A stretch of DNA of 37,484 bases, taken from positions 1,285 to 38,768 of the forward strand of contig JASEIR010000002.1 in assembly GCA_030017355.1 (NCBI GenBank). Direction: 5' to 3'. The position numbers and the translations under genes are program-made. The notes beneath the pieces are model-generated. The model did not search any database. It was given only the letters and a program-made list of their open reading frames with translations, and was not told the DNA's origin. The DNA is from Actinomycetota bacterium. Lineage in GTDB: Bacteria; Actinomycetota; Aquicultoria; Aquicultorales; Aquicultoraceae. Below, piece by piece: positions 25,306-33,774 of this stretch. How positions within the stretch are numbered: position 1 is the stretch's first letter; each line of letters begins with the position of its first letter.

Positions 25306-25782
25306 ATGGCTGTTACACCATCAGGTAGTAGTGAATTAACCAAGCCTGCTGACGAGTTAATCTCCCTGGATGAGAAAAAAATTGGAGCAACAAAAGAGCA
25401 GCTCACATACTCCAGTATCCTTGGCTTGGGAAGAAAAGTTGGTCTAGCCGGCATTATAGCTGCTTTCGTAGTTTACATAACAGGGCTGATAACGCCTAGA
25501 ATACCTTTGGAAAGAGTACCGCAGGTCTGGAATCTATCGTCCTCCGATTACCTTAAAGCCGTGGGCCTTAAACCTGGCTGGTCTTGGCTTGCCATGTATC
25601 GTTATAGCGATATGCTTAACTTCTTCGGTATCGCAATTCTTGGAATTATAAGCATTATTTGTTACCTAGCCATAATACCAGAATTCATACGCAAAAAAGA
25701 TAAAGTATATGTTGCTATAGCAATTCTTGAAGTCATCGTTCTTGCAGTTGCAGCTTCTGGTATTATTAATATTGGAGAATAG
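25306..25782 (+). CDS. DUF1634-like small membrane protein partnered with the TSUP permease, copy 1
   Basis: 158 aa with SD AAGGAGG and about 3 TM segments. It has a paralogue at 27367-27834 (shared ..PGWSWL.MY...D.LNFF.IA.L..I.I.CY.AIIP...RKKD..Y...A.LE). The family name is from memory of TauE-DUF1634 gene pairs and is not verified. Confidence 0.7.
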   Translation: MAVTPSGSSELTKPADELISLDEKKIGATKEQLTYSSILGLGRKVGLAGIIAAFVVYITGLITPRIPLERVPQVWNLSSSDYLKAVGLKPGWSWLAMYRYSDMLNFFGIAILGIISIICYLAIIPEFIRKKDKVYVAIAILEVIVLAVAASGIINIGE

Positions 25783-25801
25783 CACCTCTTATAACTCCTC
25801 T

Positions 25802-25829
25802 AATGATGGCATCTAGCGATGCCATCATT
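25802..25829 (+). terminator. Rho-independent terminator after TSUP-320/DUF1634 copy 1
   Basis: A 12-bp perfect stem (AATGATGGCATC / GATGCCATCATT) with loop TAGC, followed by CATTTTCT. Confidence 0.75.
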
Positions 25830-26048
25830 CATTTTCTAACCAACCAATACCTTCCCTTCAAAAATAAATAATAACACTTAGCGTAATAAAAGCAGTTTAA
25901 CTTATGGTGCATAATGGTATTCATTATAATAAGATAGGTAATTCTACGTAGTTAACTATTGACGATTTCACATACTCTGGTAACATTTAATATAGCTTGC
26001 AAGCCATAATTTGGTCTTTTATAGGGTAAGCATCCTTTGCTTTTAACA

Positions 26049-26155
26049 TTTGTATGCGTAGGCCATCTATAAGACCAACAATAAACAAGAACACCGCATG
26101 TAATTGTTTGGCCTGGTTTATAGAACATCCGCCTACGCATACAAAGGTTTGTATG
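26049..26155 (+). other. TSUP-390 gene fragment (37 nt) held in the loop of a perfect 15-bp inverted repeat; either a decayed gene relic or the seed of an antisense sRNA
   Basis: 26049-26063 (TTTGTATGCGTAGGC) pairs perfectly with 26131-26145 (GCCTACGCATACAAA). Positions 26063-26099 are 35/37 identical to 15344-15380 and 23221-23257. A third TTTGTATG at 26148-26155 offers an alternative hairpin. The strand of any transcript is unknown. Confidence 0.45.
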
Positions 26156-26364
26156 ATACATGCACGGCCGTGTTGTGACATAAAAAGCGCTGGAGAGCTT
26201 CTAAAAGACATCTGGTCTAGATCATTTTTGAACACAAAGTCGCTTGAAGCAGTTAGGCTATAGATATTTGCCATTGTTGCTGTCTCTATTAGGTAGTTGG
26301 CAAATTTTCTAATTTATAGCTCAGTTTAGCGACCCTAAATTAAACGCTAAAGGAAGGATGATAC

Positions 26365-27327
26365 ATGAGAGTTAGCAGGACTATCGCCACCGCAGTGATA
26401 TTTTTTATTAGCTTGTTTATCCTCACCACCGAGCCTGCTTTAGCATCTGGGATTTCAAAGAGCGCGACTTCGGCATCCAGTACTCAATGGTGGATATGGC
26501 CGGTTTTATTGTTTATCGTAACGCTTGTTATGGGTATAGTTGCAGTTCTCGCTGGTGTTGGCGGTGGCGTGTTGTTCACCCCAATAATCGGCGGGTTTTT
26601 TCCGTTTAATATGGATTTTGTAAGAGCAGCTGGCTTGATTGTGGCTCTATCAGGCTCACTTGCTGCTGGTCCTGGCCTGTTAAAGAAAGGAATGGCTGAT
26701 TTAAGGCTTGCAATACCAGTAGCCCTAATTGCATCATCAGCTGCTATCGTTGGAGCCATGATCGGCCTGGCCTTGCCTGATAATATCACTCAGACTACTT
26801 TGGGAATTGCCATACTTGCGATTGTGGCAATCATGCTTCTTGCCAAGAAATCTGAGTATCCAGAGGTTAAAAAGGCAGATAGTCTATCATCAGCGCTAAG
26901 GATTACTGGTATTTACCATGAGGCTGCAACTGGTCAGGATATCAACTGGAAGATTCACAGAACACCTCAAAGTCTAATAACGTTTATCTTCATAGGTATT
27001 ATGGCAGGCATGTTTGGACTCGGCGCTGGCTGGGCAAATGTACCTGTTCTTAACCTTATGATGGGTGCCCCACTTAAAGTATCAGTTGCAACAAGTAAAT
27101 TTCTTCTTTCAATAACCGATACATCAGCAGCCTGGGTCTATATAAACAAGGGCGCTGTAATACCAATGATTATTGTTCCATCCGTTGTAGGGATTATGCT
27201 TGGTTCCTTTATTGGGGTAAGGCTGCTAGCAAAGACAAAGCCTTCTGCTATAAAAATTATCGTCATAGCTTTATTGGCTTTTTCTGGTCTAAGAGCCCTA
27301 CTTAAAGGCATTGGCATTTGGACCTAA
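26365..27327 (+). CDS. TSUP-family (TauE/SafE, DUF81) permease, 320-aa form, copy 2
   Basis: Collinear paralogue of 24236-25198 (AGVGGGVLFTPII, GLGAGWANVPVLNLMMG). SD AAGGAAGG. N-terminal EPALASG. Confidence 0.85.
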   Translation: MRVSRTIATAVIFFISLFILTTEPALASGISKSATSASSTQWWIWPVLLFIVTLVMGIVAVLAGVGGGVLFTPIIGGFFPFNMDFVRAAGLIVALSGSLAAGPGLLKKGMADLRLAIPVALIASSAAIVGAMIGLALPDNITQTTLGIAILAIVAIMLLAKKSEYPEVKKADSLSSALRITGIYHEAATGQDINWKIHRTPQSLITFIFIGIMAGMFGLGAGWANVPVLNLMMGAPLKVSVATSKFLLSITDTSAAWVYINKGAVIPMIIVPSVVGIMLGSFIGVRLLAKTKPSAIKIIVIALLAFSGLRALLKGIGIWT

Positions 27328-27366
27328 TAGTAAAACTCAAGGCTTGCTTTAAAAGGAGGAAGAAAC

Positions 27367-27834
27367 ATGAGTACTCCAGAAAGTCAGTTAAAAGAAAAAC
27401 AACAGGTAGCTGTGGAGGCTGGTAAAAGGTTAATAGCCACTGAAGAGCAAACGACCTATGCTAAAATCCTTGATATTGGCATGAAGATAGGTCTTATTGC
27501 AATTATTGTGGCATTTTTTCTCTATGCTTTTGGTATTTTAAGCCCAAAAATACCGGTCACCGAGGTATCAAAATACTGGGGTATGAAAAGCCACGATTAT
27601 CTCGAAGCTGTCAACATACAACCAGGCTGGTCATGGCTTTCAATGTATAAACATGGCGACTTTTTGAACTTTTTCCCAATTGCTTTTCTAGCGGGATTAA
27701 CAATTGTTTGCTATGTTGCAATAATACCTATCCTTATACGCAAAAAGGATGCAATTTACGCAGTTTTAGCATTGCTTGAAGTGCTTGTTTTGTTAGGGGC
27801 AGCATCAGGACTTCTTGCTGCTGGAGGGCACTAG
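27367..27834 (+). CDS. DUF1634-like small membrane protein, copy 2
   Basis: 155 aa, SD AAGGAGGAAG, paralogue of 25306-25782. Confidence 0.7.
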   Translation: MSTPESQLKEKQQVAVEAGKRLIATEEQTTYAKILDIGMKIGLIAIIVAFFLYAFGILSPKIPVTEVSKYWGMKSHDYLEAVNIQPGWSWLSMYKHGDFLNFFPIAFLAGLTIVCYVAIIPILIRKKDAIYAVLALLEVLVLLGAASGLLAAGGH

Positions 27835-27937
27835 AATACGTTTACCATCAATATAAGTCAATGGCTTAAGTTACATTGCTTAAAGTGATTATATTGCCTT
27901 CCTGTTAAAAAAGTAACAACGCATTGTTTTATAACTA

Positions 27938-27967
27938 AAAACGGCGGGCTTGATAGACCGCCGTTTT
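27938..27967 (+). terminator. Rho-independent terminator after TSUP-320/DUF1634 copy 2
   Basis: Stem AAAACGGCGG / CCGCCGTTTT (10 bp) with a 10-nt loop, followed by CTGTTT. Confidence 0.7.
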
Positions 27968-28052
27968 CTGTTTAATAAATTATAACTCTGCTAATATTCA
28001 ATCCTACTATCATAATCCCTTTTATTGCCAGAAAACGTACTTGTCACTTACT

Positions 28053-28081
28053 TGACAAACAGCGGCAATAATGCTAGCATT
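28053..28081 (+). promoter_or_regulatory. Candidate sigma70-type promoter for sat (TTGACA-N17-TAGCAT)
   Basis: A perfect -35 hexamer at 28053-28058 and a 4/6 -10 hexamer at 28076-28081. The -35 is also the right half of the inverted repeat TTGTCA-N6-TGACAA (28041-28058). This promoter implies a leader of about 240 nt. Confidence 0.3.
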
Positions 28082-28326
28082 TTGATTGCTAACAAGATAA
28101 AGTAAAAGGGCTTTCTGCTTTAATAATGGACCGCAAGGCGGCCATTATCTTTAATTGTTTAAAGACTTGCTTTTTGGAAATATAACCCTGAAGGATCGCT
28201 TGTTAAGTTTTGAGGCTATCTTTGATTGTGTGTTCTATCTACAAACTTCTAAGGCCAGTCTTAACAAGCTTGAGCCATTTGCAATTTTAAGCAATAAAAG
28301 CAAATCAACAAGTATAAGGAGGTATT

Positions 28327-29547
28327 ATGTCAAAACTAGTCCCCCCACATGGTGGCGGTGAGTTAAAGCCGCTTCTACTCGAAGGCGATGAGCTAAAAGA
28401 AGAATGGGAAAAGGCTCAAACCCTAGAGAAGGTTATGATGACCTCACGTGAGACAGGCGATCTAATTATGATGGGCATAGGCGCCTTCACTCCACTAGAA
28501 GGTTTCATGACAAAAGCTGACTGGAAAGGTGTTTGCGATGAGTACAAGATGGAAAATGGGATTTTCTGGCCTATTCCGATAACACTTTCCACGTCAAAAG
28601 AACAAGCCAAAAATCTAAAAGAAGGTCAAGAGGTTGCACTTGTTGATACCGAGACTGGCGAGCTCATGGGCAGCATGGAAATCACTGAGAAATATGAGAT
28701 TGACAAAGTCTATGAATGTAAACAGGTATTTAGAACCGATGATATGGAAGGGCACCCAGGCGTTCAAAAAGTTATGGCCCAGGGTGATGTCAACCTTGCC
28801 GGTAAGGTAAAGGTATTTAGCGAAAGCTATTTCCCGGAAATGTTTAAGGGTGTTTACATGCGCCCAGCTGAAACAAGAAAAGCTTTCGAGGAGAGAGGCT
28901 GGAGTACTGTTGCTGCATTGCAGCTTAGGAATCCAATGCACCGCTCCCATGAGTATCTCGCAAAAATAGCTATCGAAGTAACCGATGGTGTACTAATTCA
29001 CCAGCTTGTTGGTAAACTTAAACCAGGTGATATTCCTGCTGAAGTTAGGGTAAAAGCCATTGATAAGCTTGTTGAACTTTACTTTGTACCCAATACGGTT
29101 ATTCAGGCTGGCTATCCAGCGGAAATGCGCTATGCCGGCCCGCGTGAAGCACTCTTGCATGCAACCTTCCGTCAGAACTATGGCTGCAGCCACCTAATAG
29201 TTGGTCGTGACCATGCTGGCGTTGGTGAATACTATGGCCCGTTTGATGCCCAGCATATATTTGATGAGATTCCTAAGGATGCCCTTATTACAAAGCCGCT
29301 TAAGATTGACTGGACGTTCTACTGCTATAAATGCGATGGAATGGCATCAATGAGAACTTGTCCACACGGTAAAGAAGATAGGCTGATCCTTAGTGGTACC
29401 AAATTAAGAAAGATGCTATCTGAGGGTGAAGAGGTACCAGATCACTTCAGCCGTCCAGAAGTTCTCGAAATCCTAAGGGAATATTATGCAAGCCTTACAG
29501 AGAAAGTTGAAGTTAAACTTCACAAGTATGCTGAGGGTGAAAAGTAA
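28327..29547 (+). CDS. sat: Sulfate adenylyltransferase (ATP sulfurylase), homo-oligomeric type
   Basis: 406 aa with SD AAGGAGG. Motifs: N-terminal [29 protein letters not shown] and a C-terminal Cys/His zinc-type motif ([15 protein letters not shown]). Confidence 0.95.
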   Translation: MSKLVPPHGGGELKPLLLEGDELKEEWEKAQTLEKVMMTSRETGDLIMMGIGAFTPLEGFMTKADWKGVCDEYKMENGIFWPIPITLSTSKEQAKNLKEGQEVALVDTETGELMGSMEITEKYEIDKVYECKQVFRTDDMEGHPGVQKVMAQGDVNLAGKVKVFSESYFPEMFKGVYMRPAETRKAFEERGWSTVAALQLRNPMHRSHEYLAKIAIEVTDGVLIHQLVGKLKPGDIPAEVRVKAIDKLVELYFVPNTVIQAGYPAEMRYAGPREALLHATFRQNYGCSHLIVGRDHAGVGEYYGPFDAQHIFDEIPKDALITKPLKIDWTFYCYKCDGMASMRTCPHGKEDRLILSGTKLRKMLSEGEEVPDHFSRPEVLEILREYYASLTEKVEVKLHKYAEGEK

Positions 29548-29586
29548 TTAACTTTTAATAAATTGCTTTGGGCCCCACCTTAAAGC

Positions 29587-29619
29587 AAAACACACCTCCC
29601 ATCCTGGGAGGTGTGTTTT
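29587..29619. terminator. Bidirectional rho-independent terminator between the convergent sat and HK-2 genes
   Basis: A 15-bp perfect stem (AAAACACACCTCCCA / TGGGAGGTGTGTTTT) with a 3-nt loop. The A run on one side and the T run on the other give a U-tract on both strands. Confidence 0.8.
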
Positions 29620-29686
29620 TAGTTTTATTCTCTGAAAGCTTATTCGTTTCTTATAAGGTGTTTTATTTTATTATCTTGTGTATCCA

Positions 29687-31738
29687 CTACTCAGGAATTG
29701 TTACGTTTATTACAGTTCCCTTACCTGGTGCTGATTGAATATCAAACGTACCACCAGCTAATCTAGCTCGTGTCTGCATACCGTCAATTCCTAGCTTCCC
29801 ACGCCGCGAAAGTTCACCAATATTCTCTGGTAATTCAAATCCCTTTCCATTATCGGTAATAGTAACCCTTGTTTCATGATCTTTTAGCTCAATTATAACT
29901 TGGGCCATTGTAGCCTCAGCATGCTTTGCGATATTTCTTAGTGCTTCTTGAATTATTCTAAAAAGCGATATCTCAATTTCTTGAGAAAAACGCCTTTCCT
30001 TTCCAATCACTGTTAATTTTGTCTCCACATTGTTTTCGGTTTTCATTTGCTCTGTTAGCCATTCGACTGCTGGCAAAAGGCCAAGATTATCAAGGACTGA
30101 TGGTCTCAGATCACGGCTTAATTGCCGAATCTCGTGGAGTGTCGATTTGATTTGGGCATGTAGGTTCCACAGAAAATTTAGTTTTGTTTCGGACAAACGA
30201 GTGTTCTCCTCGCAAAACTTTTCCAATTGACGCAAAATTGCGATGAGATTTTGTGTGGTAGAATCATGCAGGTCCCGAGATATTCTTTGACGCTCCTCTT
30301 CGTGCCCCTTTGTTATCTGCTTCAGATAAAATCTCTGGTTCTCTTGCATTCGCACTTCTTTAGTTATGTCGCGCCCTATGAACTGAAACCCGTCAGGACT
30401 ACCAGCGGTTGTTATAAGATTGGTTGTTAGCATTACAATAGCTTCTGTTCCATCCTTTTTCTGGATTTTCCGTCTATATGGCTGATGATTCCCTATACCA
30501 TTCAGAATCTCCTTCTGTATAGCCGTTGAGGCTAGAAATTCGTCGTGTGAATAAAACTGCTTACTATCTGACCCAACCAAATCTGTTAAACTACATCCAA
30601 ATAGATCCGCTGCCGCTTGATTCGCAGCCGTTATTTTTCCCGATAAATCTTGAACCCAGATCGCATCATGTGCATTTTCGAATAATTTTCTGTATTTTTT
30701 CTCTGATAATTTAAGCTTATTAGTCGCAATTTCTCGCTCCTGATACAGATGTGCATTGTGCATCGCAATACCAGTTAAATTTGCGAGCGCGGAAAGAATC
30801 ATCAAATCCGGCTCCTGAAATTTTCGTTCGGATCTCGAACCCACGCACACAATACCTATCGTTTTACCTTGCGCAACCATTGGGACGCTTAATTCACCCA
30901 ATATATTCTCGCCTTCTAGAAACGAGGAGCAAAATTTAAAATCTAAACCAAAGTCGTCTATTAAATCCTCTATAATTTCTTCGTTCATGTACGATTCTTC
31001 GAGTTTTGCTATCTTGTTTAGCAAATCATTGTTGAGCTCTATATTGTTTAAGAATGAAGTGCTTTCTTCTTTAATCCCTCTATGAGCTATTACTTTTAGT
31101 TTCTTATCCTCGGTAAGAGCAAATATTAAAACAACCTCTACCTGCATTACATCTATAATCATATCCACAGCTACTTTTGTTACGTGATTTAATTCTAAGG
31201 ACTGGCTAAGCATTGCAGAAAAAGTATTAATTACAGACAGTTGTCGCTGCTGTTCGATGGATAGCTGTACTCTTGTATGTAATTCTTTCTCTGTTGATAC
31301 TAATCTCTCTCTTGTTACTTCAAGTTGTAGCTGCTGCTTTTTATAATGGTCTATCCCAAGCGGTGCAATACTTCCTATTAAAGTAATAAGAACGGTCTCC
31401 CAAAGTGCTGTTAGCGGATAAGCTGAAATAAAAAGCGCCCGTGGTAACATAATAATGAATGCAAAAACTAGCGCTATTTTTCCACCCTTCGATCCAAAAA
31501 TAAAACTGCTTAGGATAACAGGTACAAGAAATAGGATTCTATCTATAGTATGCCGGGTTATACCTAACGGCAAGTCTGGTGCTGAAAATGCACTAAAACT
31601 TGTTAAGTTATCGTAATGGTGGAGTGTCATTAATATGAATATACTAACTATTGACCAGAATTGAGGATTACTGATGAGGTGACTTTGACCTTTCTTTTGT
31701 TGTTTACCAACTTCATCTAGAGCAAGTTCAGACTCCAT
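29687..31738 (-). CDS. Sensor histidine kinase, paralogue of 16290-18254, TCS-2
   Basis: 683 aa with the same architecture as TCS-1. The membrane sensor is nearly superimposable (NPQFWSIVSIF..LHHY....LGITRHTIDRILFL..MLPRALFIS). H-box EERQRISRDLHDSTTQNL. ATPase motifs DNGKGF and GIDGMQTRARLAGGTF. Confidence 0.85.
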   Translation of the reverse strand: MESELALDEVGKQQKKGQSHLISNPQFWSIVSIFILMTLHHYDNLTSFSAFSAPDLPLGITRHTIDRILFLVPVILSSFIFGSKGGKIALVFAFIIMLPRALFISAYPLTALWETVLITLIGSIAPLGIDHYKKQQLQLEVTRERLVSTEKELHTRVQLSIEQQRQLSVINTFSAMLSQSLELNHVTKVAVDMIIDVMQVEVVLIFALTEDKKLKVIAHRGIKEESTSFLNNIELNNDLLNKIAKLEESYMNEEIIEDLIDDFGLDFKFCSSFLEGENILGELSVPMVAQGKTIGIVCVGSRSERKFQEPDLMILSALANLTGIAMHNAHLYQEREIATNKLKLSEKKYRKLFENAHDAIWVQDLSGKITAANQAAADLFGCSLTDLVGSDSKQFYSHDEFLASTAIQKEILNGIGNHQPYRRKIQKKDGTEAIVMLTTNLITTAGSPDGFQFIGRDITKEVRMQENQRFYLKQITKGHEEERQRISRDLHDSTTQNLIAILRQLEKFCEENTRLSETKLNFLWNLHAQIKSTLHEIRQLSRDLRPSVLDNLGLLPAVEWLTEQMKTENNVETKLTVIGKERRFSQEIEISLFRIIQEALRNIAKHAEATMAQVIIELKDHETRVTITDNGKGFELPENIGELSRRGKLGIDGMQTRARLAGGTFDIQSAPGKGTVINVTIPE

Positions 31739-31751
31739 CTTACGCTGTCAG

Positions 31752-32405
31752 CTATTCTAAGCCAACCCAACCTTTCTTTATGGCAAGAATTACTGCCTCT
31801 GTTCGCGAGCTTACATCTAGCTTGCTAAATATGTGACCTAAATGAGCCTCTACTGTTCGTACGCTTAAGCTAAGGTCGTCTGCTATTTCTTTATTGCTCT
31901 TGCCTCTAGCTGCCAGTTTAAGAACTTCTACTTCTCGTTCGGTTAGTAAATCTAAAGATTGATATCCGGCTCCAGTACCCGTATTTCTAAACCTTTGCAT
32001 AACCTTTTTCATGATTGTCGGATGGAGTACTGAGTCTCCTTTGCTTACACGGTAGACGCTATCAATTAGTTCCTGCCCGCTGATATCTTTCAGAAGATAT
32101 CCTGCTGCGCCAGCTTCAAGAAGCGGAAATATGTATTGGTCAAGGTCATAAGCAGTTAATATAAGCACTGGTATAGAGCTATCTATAGCTTTTACTTGCT
32201 TTGTTGCTTCTATACCGTTTATTTTTGGCATGGCAATATCTGCAATAATTAAATCTGGCTTTAGCTGCGAGGCTAAAGACACCATCTGTTCTCCATCCCC
32301 GGCCTCACCAACCACCTCAAGATTGGGATCTCTTTCTAGATATTGACGGAGACTCTCTCTTACAAGTACGTGGTCTTCTGCTAACAAAATCCGAATTTTT
32401 CCCAT
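31752..32405 (-). CDS. NarL/LuxR-family response regulator, TCS-2
   Basis: Paralogue of 18268-18921. The ATG at 32405 gives MGKIRILLAEDH, which aligns with MKKIRILLAEDH of RR-1. The track ORF extends to 32465, but that extension has no counterpart in RR-1 and would contain a consensus promoter. Confidence 0.85.
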   Translation of the reverse strand: MGKIRILLAEDHVLVRESLRQYLERDPNLEVVGEAGDGEQMVSLASQLKPDLIIADIAMPKINGIEATKQVKAIDSSIPVLILTAYDLDQYIFPLLEAGAAGYLLKDISGQELIDSVYRVSKGDSVLHPTIMKKVMQRFRNTGTGAGYQSLDLLTEREVEVLKLAARGKSNKEIADDLSLSVRTVEAHLGHIFSKLDVSSRTEAVILAIKKGWVGLE

Positions 32406-32414
32406 AGTAGCTTC

Positions 32415-32443
32415 ATTATAAGCCTTTAATAACATTAATTCAA
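32415..32443 (-). promoter_or_regulatory. Candidate promoter of TCS-2 (TTGAAT-N17-TATAAT), with the -10 only 9 nt from the ATG
   Basis: On the minus strand, TATAAT is at 32415-32420 and TTGAAT at 32438-32443 with a 17-nt spacer. RR-1 has an analogous TATAGT (18931-18936) 9 nt before its ATG, and both share CTACTATG. Confidence 0.35.
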
Positions 32444-32510
32444 ATTCCGTATATAACTTAGACAAAGTAAGTATTACTACCTAACCAACTCTGAGTGGTT
32501 ACATAAAACA

Positions 32511-32541
32511 ATAATTGGGCGGATAAAATCCGCCCAATTAT
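32511..32541 (-). terminator. Rho-independent terminator after qmoC
   Basis: A 13-bp perfect stem (ATAATTGGGCGGA / TCCGCCCAATTAT) with a 5-nt loop. On the minus strand it is followed by TGTTTTATG. Confidence 0.75.
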
Positions 32542-32563
32542 TAACCTTTATCATGCCAAAAAG

Positions 32564-33769
32564 TTAACCAATCTTCAAAACTTCATCGGGTGATACAAGG
32601 TCCCTTTGCGCTTGTCTTGCAAATACCATGGCTACGGTTCTATAGGCAAGGTGCGCCATTTTTGAAAATGGCAGATACAAGAAGAGATATGCTATAAAAA
32701 GCAGATGCAGGAAGTAAACCTGATAAGCAATGCTTTTCATATCAGCAAGCCTTGCAAACTGTGCACCCCAACCTGTTACAGCAAGCCCAAACACAAGTGT
32801 CACCAGCGCCCAGTCGTAATAGCTATTGGCGCTCTTAGTGTTAGTAAACCTCTTGACTAAGATTATAATAGAGCCGATAAAAAGCGCCGCTGCGCTGATA
32901 TTTGCTATAAACTTCACGGGGCTACTCATCTTATACGGGGTATGCACACCAAAGAACCAGTAGGCTGTTGCAACAATCATTGTTGTTACAAACAGACCCA
33001 CAAAGCCATAAAACACGCCTAAGTGACCGTAGTACCTTTCCTTATTTTCACCGCAAGACTGGAACCTGTTGTGCTTTAAAATTGTTGGAAGTGCCTTGAT
33101 TAAGTTAGGTATTGGTGCTCCCATTAAACCAACGGTCCCATGATTTGCAACCATTGCTTTCCAGAACCTACCAATACCGACTATCAATGATATGATAGCC
33201 AGTGCGGCAAATGTCATAAATGTTATGTCAATTCCAAGCTCCGGATAGAAATTCTTATAGACAATCGGCCCAGCAGGGAAATTACCCCAGCCTGCATGTT
33301 TAAATTCCTCAAACATTGGAACGCCCTTAGGTAAAATATTATAAATTGTTGGCCAAAGGTTTATCATAAACAGCAGTATTAGAGCCGGGATACCTAGCAC
33401 TAGCGGCAAGTATGCAGGTCTACTCAACCAAGTGCCCATAAAACTTGGAAACGCATAGTTTTTAAAAGCTGCGTTTCTAACTGCGGCCAGTACATCACCT
33501 GGTTTCGCGCCCCTCGGGCATTTAGCTGTGCAATCATTGCACTGGTGGCAAAGCCACACATCGGGGTCACTCATAAGTTTATCCTTCTGACCCCACTGCG
33601 CCCATATCATCTCTTTTCTTGGAAAAGGTTTGTCGTCGGGCGTAAGTTTGCAGACAACCGAGCATGTCGCACACTGGAAGCATTTCTTTAGGGAATCGCC
33701 TCCTGCCCGCTGCATATCCTTTATAAAATTTAGATCAGGTTCAACCATGAATTCTGTCGACATCTTCAT
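32564..33769 (-). CDS. qmoC: QmoC, fused HdrC-like FeS / HdrE-like haem b membrane subunit of the quinone-interacting membrane oxidoreductase
   Basis: 401 aa. The N-terminus has CFQCATCSVVC and CHQCNDCTAKCP, followed by about 6 TM segments. It sits directly after qmoB. The second ATG at 33763 has better SD spacing. Confidence 0.85.
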   Translation of the reverse strand: MKMSTEFMVEPDLNFIKDMQRAGGDSLKKCFQCATCSVVCKLTPDDKPFPRKEMIWAQWGQKDKLMSDPDVWLCHQCNDCTAKCPRGAKPGDVLAAVRNAAFKNYAFPSFMGTWLSRPAYLPLVLGIPALILLFMINLWPTIYNILPKGVPMFEEFKHAGWGNFPAGPIVYKNFYPELGIDITFMTFAALAIISLIVGIGRFWKAMVANHGTVGLMGAPIPNLIKALPTILKHNRFQSCGENKERYYGHLGVFYGFVGLFVTTMIVATAYWFFGVHTPYKMSSPVKFIANISAAALFIGSIIILVKRFTNTKSANSYYDWALVTLVFGLAVTGWGAQFARLADMKSIAYQVYFLHLLFIAYLFLYLPFSKMAHLAYRTVAMVFARQAQRDLVSPDEVLKIG

Positions 33770-33774
33770 ACCCC

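Noticed and set aside
25952-26274. Three overlapping ORFs (69, 95 and 69 aa) between the TSUP-320 operons as protein-coding genes
   Set aside because: None has an SD, and they overlap one another on both strands. The only recognisable similarity is the 37-nt TSUP-390 fragment (..AVFLFIVG..). I treat the region as non-coding (a relic or RNA element).
28155-28361. 68-aa ORF upstream of and overlapping the sat start
   Set aside because: It has no SD and runs out of frame into sat, which has a perfect AAGGAGG SD and a conserved N-terminus. It is more plausibly leader RNA.
32406-32465. 20-codon N-terminal extension of response regulator 2, and likewise the 24-codon extension of QmoA (37184-37255)
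   Set aside because: The extensions lack an SD and have no counterpart in the paralogue (RR-1) or in the typical QmoA N-terminus. The internal ATGs are preceded by a promoter or SD at proper spacing.
13400-32465. Duplicated modules as insertion sequences, composite transposon or integrative element
   Set aside because: No transposase, integrase or recombinase ORF is present, and I found no terminal inverted repeats bounding the duplicated blocks. The copies are diverged paralogues rather than identical mobile copies.
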